From a virus (Duplodnaviria > Heunggongvirae > Uroviricota > Caudoviricetes), in IMG/VR virus record IMGVR_UViG_2693429700_000023: a DNA stretch of 10,586 nucleotides; one strand, written 5' to 3'. The translations under genes and the position numbers were made by a program. The notes beneath the pieces are model-generated. The model had not been told where the DNA came from and searched no databases. It worked only from the letters and a program-made list of their open reading frames with translations. Positions 6,735-10,586 of the stretch are shown here, one piece after another. The number at the start of each line of letters is the position of its first letter. The first letter of the stretch is position 1.

Positions 6735-6910
6735 TTGTTAACCTCCGCGAACTCCTTCATGAAACGCGCCAGCGGTTGTACGCATGGCGATTGATACCCG
6801 TCGCGATAAAACGTCACTCGGTTGTGAGACACGCTTTCGACAGTAACGAGTGCTCCGTGGGCATCTTTGTAGCGTTTTTGTGGTTGTGGTGTTCCTGTTG
6901 GCTTAGACAT
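6728..6910 (-). CDS. Hypothetical small protein (60 aa)
   Basis: The track ORF is 6728..6997; I prefer the internal ATG at 6910 (MSKPTGTPQPQKRYK...), which has SD GGAGGTGG upstream and overlaps the antirepressor stop as ATGTCTAA. Its own stop overlaps the next start. Confidence 0.45.
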   Translation of the reverse strand: MSKPTGTPQPQKRYKDAHGALVTVESVSHNRVTFYRDGYQSPCVQPLARFMKEFAEVNKC

Positions 6911-7736
6911 TGACCACCTCCAGACGCTTGGCGAGCCAGCGTTGCGACAGGCGGGTGAGTTCTCCTTTGCGCTGCTCATATTCCATGCCCATATCAATTA
7001 ACGTGATATTGGTGCTTTCGAGATATGAGAGGTGCTCAAGCTGTTCTGCGTTCATATGGTCGCGAGGTTCGCCAGAATAGCCATTTATCCGCGCCCACTG
7101 CTTAGCAGTTAGCCCACCAAGAACGATACGAGAAATCATATTGCTCTCGTTTGTGTAGTGGTGTTGCTGCGTCGTTTTACCCATCTCGGCACGGGCCATA
7201 TTCAGCGCATCGCACATTGGCTTAAAGTTGTTTGCGGCACTGATACGGGCTTTTAGCTGGCGACGATAGCGGGCGGCGATTTCAGGCACGCTACGCTGTA
7301 ATTCTTCCTCGCACTGGATGAAATAACGGCGGATAGCGCGACCCTGATCATTGCGTTCGATCATTGCCAGTTCTTTCGCCATTCCGACACTTAACAGATA
7401 GTCTTTGCCGGGTCTGCCAGACTGCTTAATCTTGCTGTAAGCCGCGCCATTCGGGCTTTTCCCCAAATTTGGGGAAATTGTTTTATGGACTGAGTAATCG
7501 TGCCCAATGGTGAAGTCATATTCAGAGATGCGATCAGTGATCCATGTAGAGAAGTCTTTTCCCACGCCCAACGCTTTGTGTAACGCTTTTGCGCTAACAA
7601 TATTGGTTTCACGCCCACCGATATGACCAGGAATAACCGGGACAATTGCGGCAAATTCATTACCGTTAATTGTGCCCAGAGAGGCGTTCAGATGAGGGGC
7701 GGCCTCAGAAATTAATCTGCTTTTTTCGATGTTCAT
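6903..7736 (-). CDS. Phage antirepressor-like protein with an AntA-type N-terminal domain (277 aa)
   Basis: The N-terminal half matches the AntA/AntB antirepressor pattern as I recall it: SAKALHKALGVGKDFSTWITDRISEYDFTIGHDY ... DYLLSVGMAKELAMIERNDQGRAIRRYFIQCEE. SD GGAGA lies 7 nt upstream of the ATG at 7736. The C-terminal half is unassigned. Confidence 0.7.
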   Translation of the reverse strand: MNIEKSRLISEAAPHLNASLGTINGNEFAAIVPVIPGHIGGRETNIVSAKALHKALGVGKDFSTWITDRISEYDFTIGHDYSVHKTISPNLGKSPNGAAYSKIKQSGRPGKDYLLSVGMAKELAMIERNDQGRAIRRYFIQCEEELQRSVPEIAARYRRQLKARISAANNFKPMCDALNMARAEMGKTTQQHHYTNESNMISRIVLGGLTAKQWARINGYSGEPRDHMNAEQLEHLSYLESTNITLIDMGMEYEQRKGELTRLSQRWLAKRLEVVNV

Positions 7737-7748
7737 TTTCAGTCTCCG

Positions 7749-8180
7749 TTAGGCGGCGTTAAACGCGTCCGGGTAGAGTTTCAGAATGTCGGCAATTTCC
7801 TGCTGAGAAAGTCCGTTGTGATCATTTATGCTCGCAAGATGGTTAACATGAGTGATCACTTTCAGAACATCACCACGGCAGGAGAAACGGTAGCGAAGGT
7901 GTGTTCCGATACCATCAGGATTCTTTTCGTCGATACGCTCCAGAGTGATTCCAAGCTGGCGTTCTAACTCTGTTGCATAGTTACGACCAGAAGACAGACG
8001 GCAGTAGCGAAGAATGTCATTTTCTGTCCATCCCTCTATACCAGTACGCAGCATATAGACTCTGGCACGATGCTTTTTCGGTGTGCGCTTTGGTGCTTGA
8101 AGGGATTTTGTCAGGGGCGTAACATCAGATACGCGAATATCTGAATTAGCCGCCTGTAATGGGCGGTTTTTCTTTTCCAT
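7749..8180 (-). CDS. Hypothetical protein (143 aa)
   Basis: Track ORF. Its ATG at 8180 shares one base with the alpA stop (TGATG) and is preceded by GAGGTGG encoded in the alpA C-terminus. Basic N-terminus; no family recognised. Confidence 0.55.
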   Translation of the reverse strand: MEKKNRPLQAANSDIRVSDVTPLTKSLQAPKRTPKKHRARVYMLRTGIEGWTENDILRYCRLSSGRNYATELERQLGITLERIDEKNPDGIGTHLRYRFSCRGDVLKVITHVNHLASINDHNGLSQQEIADILKLYPDAFNAA

Positions 8181-8383
8181 CAGGCCACCTCGTCTCTAGA
8201 TTCTAATATACACTTCTCAATCCATTCATCTATTTCAGACTCAACAAAAGCAATTGCCCGACTTCCAATTTTTACCTGTTTAGGGAACCTCCCCTGACTA
8301 ATAAGACGATAAATCCATGCTTTGCTATAACCAGTTCGCCTTTGAACTTCAGAGAGACGAATTAATGAATTGTAATTAGCCAT
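8180..8383 (-). CDS. alpA: AlpA-family (prophage regulatory / excisionase-like HTH) transcriptional regulator, 67 aa
   Basis: A small protein with an HTH-like core (IRLSEVQRRTGYSKAWIYRLISQGRFPKQVKIGSRAIAFVESEIDEW) resembling AlpA-type regulators, placed directly downstream of an integrase remnant as in P4-like and PICI-like elements. Confidence 0.75.
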   Translation of the reverse strand: MANYNSLIRLSEVQRRTGYSKAWIYRLISQGRFPKQVKIGSRAIAFVESEIDEWIEKCILESRDEVA

Positions 8384-8470
8384 TTATTAATATCCTGTAC
8401 TAATGACGCAATAACTCCCTCCTGCAACGAATGGCGAGAGTTTTATTTGCATCAAATGTCGAATACGCCA

Positions 8471-8503
8471 AAGACCACAATATGAAAAACATATTGCGGT
8501 CTT
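8471..8503. promoter_or_regulatory. 33-bp near-perfect palindrome (operator-like) in the int-alpA intergenic region
   Basis: AAGACCACAATATG-AAAAA-CATATTGCGGTCTT: 14-bp arms with one mismatch, about 90-120 bp upstream of the alpA start. A palindromic TTTATAAA abuts it (8503..8510). Confidence 0.4.
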
Positions 8504-8662
8504 TTATAAAAGATAGTCAGATTGTTTTGGTTTGTTTGCTCCACAAGGGTAGAGCTACCCTGCATTTCGGCAGGATCACGCTATTAGGCGTGACATCCAG
8601 TAGTTTTAAAGAACGCCCTTTTTCAGGGCATGGTGGGCAGGCAAGAGAGCAATTGCGCTTTG

Positions 8663-8977
8663 TCAGCGCCGTAGATTCATATTTGAATCATTGTATGTTT
8701 CCCGGGCAATCTTTTCCTCTCGTTTCGCTTCCATCGGATCGATACCACCAGCGATACCTCTTTTCGCATCTTCACGTTTTGCCCGAGCATCGGCTAGAGT
8801 AACCTCAGGATACACACCTAGTGCCAATAGCTTCTCTTTACCAGCTACACGATATTTAAGTCGCCAGTATTTACCTCCATTAGGTTTTACCAAGAGATAC
8901 AAACCGCCACCATCGGCCAGCTTGTAAGCCTTCTCTTTTGGCTTGGCTGTGTCTATTTGACGGGCATTGAGTTTCAC
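8663..8977 (-). pseudogene. Tyrosine integrase (P4-family) remnant: N-terminal arm-binding region only, 104 codons
   Basis: The ORF (GTG start at 8977, SD GGAGGT upstream) encodes KLNARQIDTAKPKEKAYKLADGGGLYLLVKPNGGKYWRLKYR..., which resembles the N-terminal arm-type DNA-binding domain of tRNA-associated integrases. Full-length enzymes are about 400 aa, and only 279 bp remain before alpA, so the catalytic domain is absent. Confidence 0.7.
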
Positions 8978-9042
8978 TTGGGGGTACCTCCACTAAACCG
9001 AACAGCAAATACCCCCATAAGTACCCCCATCTGACCGTAGAT

Positions 9043-9125
9043 TTTGAGGGACTTTAGTAGACGTCAAAAGACGAACGGGGCTTTAATACGCGGATTATAA
9101 GGGGTTTTGAAAGACTTTAGTAGAC
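9043..9125. repeat. Direct repeats in the attL-proximal arm (candidate arm-type integrase or accessory-protein binding sites)
   Basis: TTTGAGGGACTTTAGTAGAC (9043..9062) and TTTGAAAGACTTTAGTAGAC (9106..9125) match at 18 of 20 positions. Nearby, TACCCCCAT occurs twice (9010..9018 and 9022..9030), with an inverted copy (GGGGGTA) at 8980..8986 next to the int start. Confidence 0.4.
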
Positions 9126-9142
9126 TTGGGGAGATGTTTGAA

Positions 9143-9218
9143 TGGTGCCGATAATAGGAGTCGAACCTACGACCTTCGCATTACGAATGCGCTGCTCTAC
9201 CAACTGAGCTATATCGGC
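9143..9218 (-). tRNA. thrW: tRNA-Thr (anticodon CGU)
   Basis: The reverse complement is a 76-nt tRNA with a 7-bp acceptor stem (GCCGATA/TATCGGC), a D-arm GCTCAGTTGGTAGAGC, anticodon loop TTCGTAA (anticodon CGT), T-arm GGTTCGACTCC and a 3' CCA. The CCA end (9143..9145) faces the mobile-element side. Confidence 0.95.
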
Positions 9219-9332
9219 CCTGAAAGGACATGTTCACGAACGTGAATCACGGTGGACAAGGTTAAAACTAACCGGGCGATGCGTCAATGGCCTTGTGAAT
9301 CAAATGGCTACTTTTGCATCACCCGGTTTTAT

Positions 9333-10586
9333 TTACGCACGAATGGTGTAATCACCAATGCCGATCCACTTGTAAGTGGTCAGTGCTTCCAGCCCCATTG
9401 GGCCACGCGCGTGGAGTTTTTGTGTGCTTACCGCCACTTCCGCACCCAGACCAAACTGGCCGCCGTCGGTAAAACGCGTAGAGGCGTTAACGTAAACAGC
9501 GGACGAATCCACTTCGTTAACAAAACGCTGGGCGTTGCGCATATCGCGGGTCAGGATCGCATCGGAGTGTTGTGTGCCGTGTTCACGAATATGGGCGATG
9601 GCATCGTCAAGATCGCTGACGATTTTGACGTTCAAATCTAATGACAGAAACTCATCGTCATACTCTTCGGCTTTAACAGCAACCACCTTCGCAGGGCCTG
9701 CCTGCAACTGCGCCAGTGCAGCTGCATCTGCGTGTAATGTCACGCCGCTTTCCGCCATTTGTTTGCTTAATGCGGGCAGGAAGCTATCGGCGATGTTTTT
9801 ATTCACCAGCAACGTTTCAACCGTATTACATGTGCTCGGACGCTGAGTTTTCGCGTTGACGATCACTTTTAATGCTTCAGCGATCTCTACACTTTCATCA
9901 ACGTAAATATGGCATACGCCTATACCACCTGTGATCACCGGGATTGTCGACTGTTCACGGCACAGTTTATGCAAACCAGCGCCACCACGCGGGATCAGCA
10001 TGTCGATGTATTTATCCATACGCAGCATTTCACTGACCAGCGCACGGTCAGGATTATCAATCGCCTGCACGGCACCCGCCGGTAAGCCGCAGGATTTCAG
10101 GGCGTCCTGAATCACCGCCACCGTTGCAGCGTTAGTGCGACACGTTTCTTTGCCACCGCGCAGGATCACCGCATTACCGGTTTTCAGGCACAGCGAAGCG
10201 ACATCAACCGTCACGTTCGGGCGCGCTTCATAAATCACGCCAATAACCCCCAGCGGTACGCGACGACGCTCAAGACGCAGGCCGCTGTCCAGTACGCTGC
10301 CATCGATTACCTGCCCCACCGGATCGGCGAGGTTACACACCTGGCGCACATCATCGGCAATGCCTTTCAGCCGTGCGGGCGTCAGTGCCAGACGGTCAAG
10401 CATCGCTTCGCCAAGGCCATTGGCACGCGCGTCAGCAACATCCTGGGCGTTAGCGTTGAGGATGATTTCGCTTTGTGCTTCCAGTTCATCGGCGATTTTT
10501 TCCAGCACGCGATTTTTTTCGCGGCTGGAGAGTTGCGCTAATTTATACGAGGCTTGCTTCGCGGCAATGCCCATTTGTTCCAGCAT
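9333..10586 (-). CDS. proA: Gamma-glutamyl phosphate reductase (glutamate-5-semialdehyde dehydrogenase), 417 aa
   Basis: The translation ([38 protein letters not shown] ... [14 protein letters not shown]) matches enterobacterial ProA as I recall it, at the correct 417-aa length. The ATG is the last three bases of the window. Confidence 0.95.
   Translation of the reverse strand: MLEQMGIAAKQASYKLAQLSSREKNRVLEKIADELEAQSEIILNANAQDVADARANGLGEAMLDRLALTPARLKGIADDVRQVCNLADPVGQVIDGSVLDSGLRLERRRVPLGVIGVIYEARPNVTVDVASLCLKTGNAVILRGGKETCRTNAATVAVIQDALKSCGLPAGAVQAIDNPDRALVSEMLRMDKYIDMLIPRGGAGLHKLCREQSTIPVITGGIGVCHIYVDESVEIAEALKVIVNAKTQRPSTCNTVETLLVNKNIADSFLPALSKQMAESGVTLHADAAALAQLQAGPAKVVAVKAEEYDDEFLSLDLNVKIVSDLDDAIAHIREHGTQHSDAILTRDMRNAQRFVNEVDSSAVYVNASTRFTDGGQFGLGAEVAVSTQKLHARGPMGLEALTTYKWIGIGDYTIRA

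Noticed and set aside
5884-6997. Plus-strand ORFs 5884..6093, 6209..6463, 6370..6627 and 6665..6913, and the long minus-strand version 6728..6997
   Set aside because: These are antisense or alternate-frame shadows of the minus-strand genes, rich in Arg/His/Ser with rare codons. The 6997 start overlaps the antirepressor reading frame; the SD-preceded ATG at 6910 is preferred.
7391-7660. ORF 7391..7660 (-) inside the antirepressor gene
   Set aside because: Alternate frame of a gene with a recognisable domain; no independent start signal.
8615-8629. Short hairpin GCCCT-TTTTC-AGGGC downstream of the integrase remnant as a terminator
   Set aside because: The stem is only 5 bp and there is no adjacent T-tract in the transcribed orientation.
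8431-8927. Plus-strand ORFs 8431..8802 and 8691..8927 as a possible divergent repressor between int and alpA
   Set aside because: They are rich in rare codons (AGA, AGG, CTA, CGA, ATA), overlap the integrase remnant antisense and have no SD. I cannot support a repressor gene here, although the layout would invite one.
1-9142. Naming the element as a specific catalogued prophage or assigning the IS to a named element
   Set aside because: The architecture is consistent with small P4-like remnants described next to thrW in some E. coli lineages, but I cannot verify identity without a database comparison, so I report the class only.
9233-9246. Perfect palindrome TTCACG-AA-CGTGAA between proA and thrW, and a weak TTGACG-N17-TAACCT promoter candidate for thrW
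   Set aside because: This is core-genome intergenic sequence, most likely part of the native thrW promoter or leader. It is not element-specific and the -10 is too weak to call a promoter confidently.
9252-9846. Plus-strand ORFs 9252..9641 and 9535..9846
   Set aside because: Antisense shadows inside proA, which is confidently identified.

Overview
The window looks like an enterobacterial (E. coli-type) chromosome segment, with every supported gene on the minus strand. The right ~1.4 kb is core genome: a complete proA (9333..10586) and tRNA-Thr(CGU) thrW (9143..9218). Everything left of the tRNA 3' end appears to be a degraded tRNA-integrated mobile element. Reading away from the tRNA it contains: a P4-family integrase remnant (N-terminal ~100 aa only), an AlpA-family regulator, a 143-aa unknown, an AntA-type antirepressor-like protein, a tightly overlapping run of eight small or unknown genes (6910..4407), a 918-aa Zn-ribbon/TOPRIM/P-loop primase-helicase, an iteron-type candidate origin, an intrinsic terminator, a small possible RHH gene, and a ~260-aa unknown whose 3' end is cut by an IS3-family insertion sequence running off the left edge. 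The layout (int, alpA, primase, ori, no structural genes) resembles a phage satellite or PICI-like element. I see no CRISPR array and no rRNA. The part most likely to hide an undescribed function is the small-gene block between antirepressor and primase, which includes an unresolved reading-frame conflict. All family assignments are from reading the translations by eye; no database search was run.
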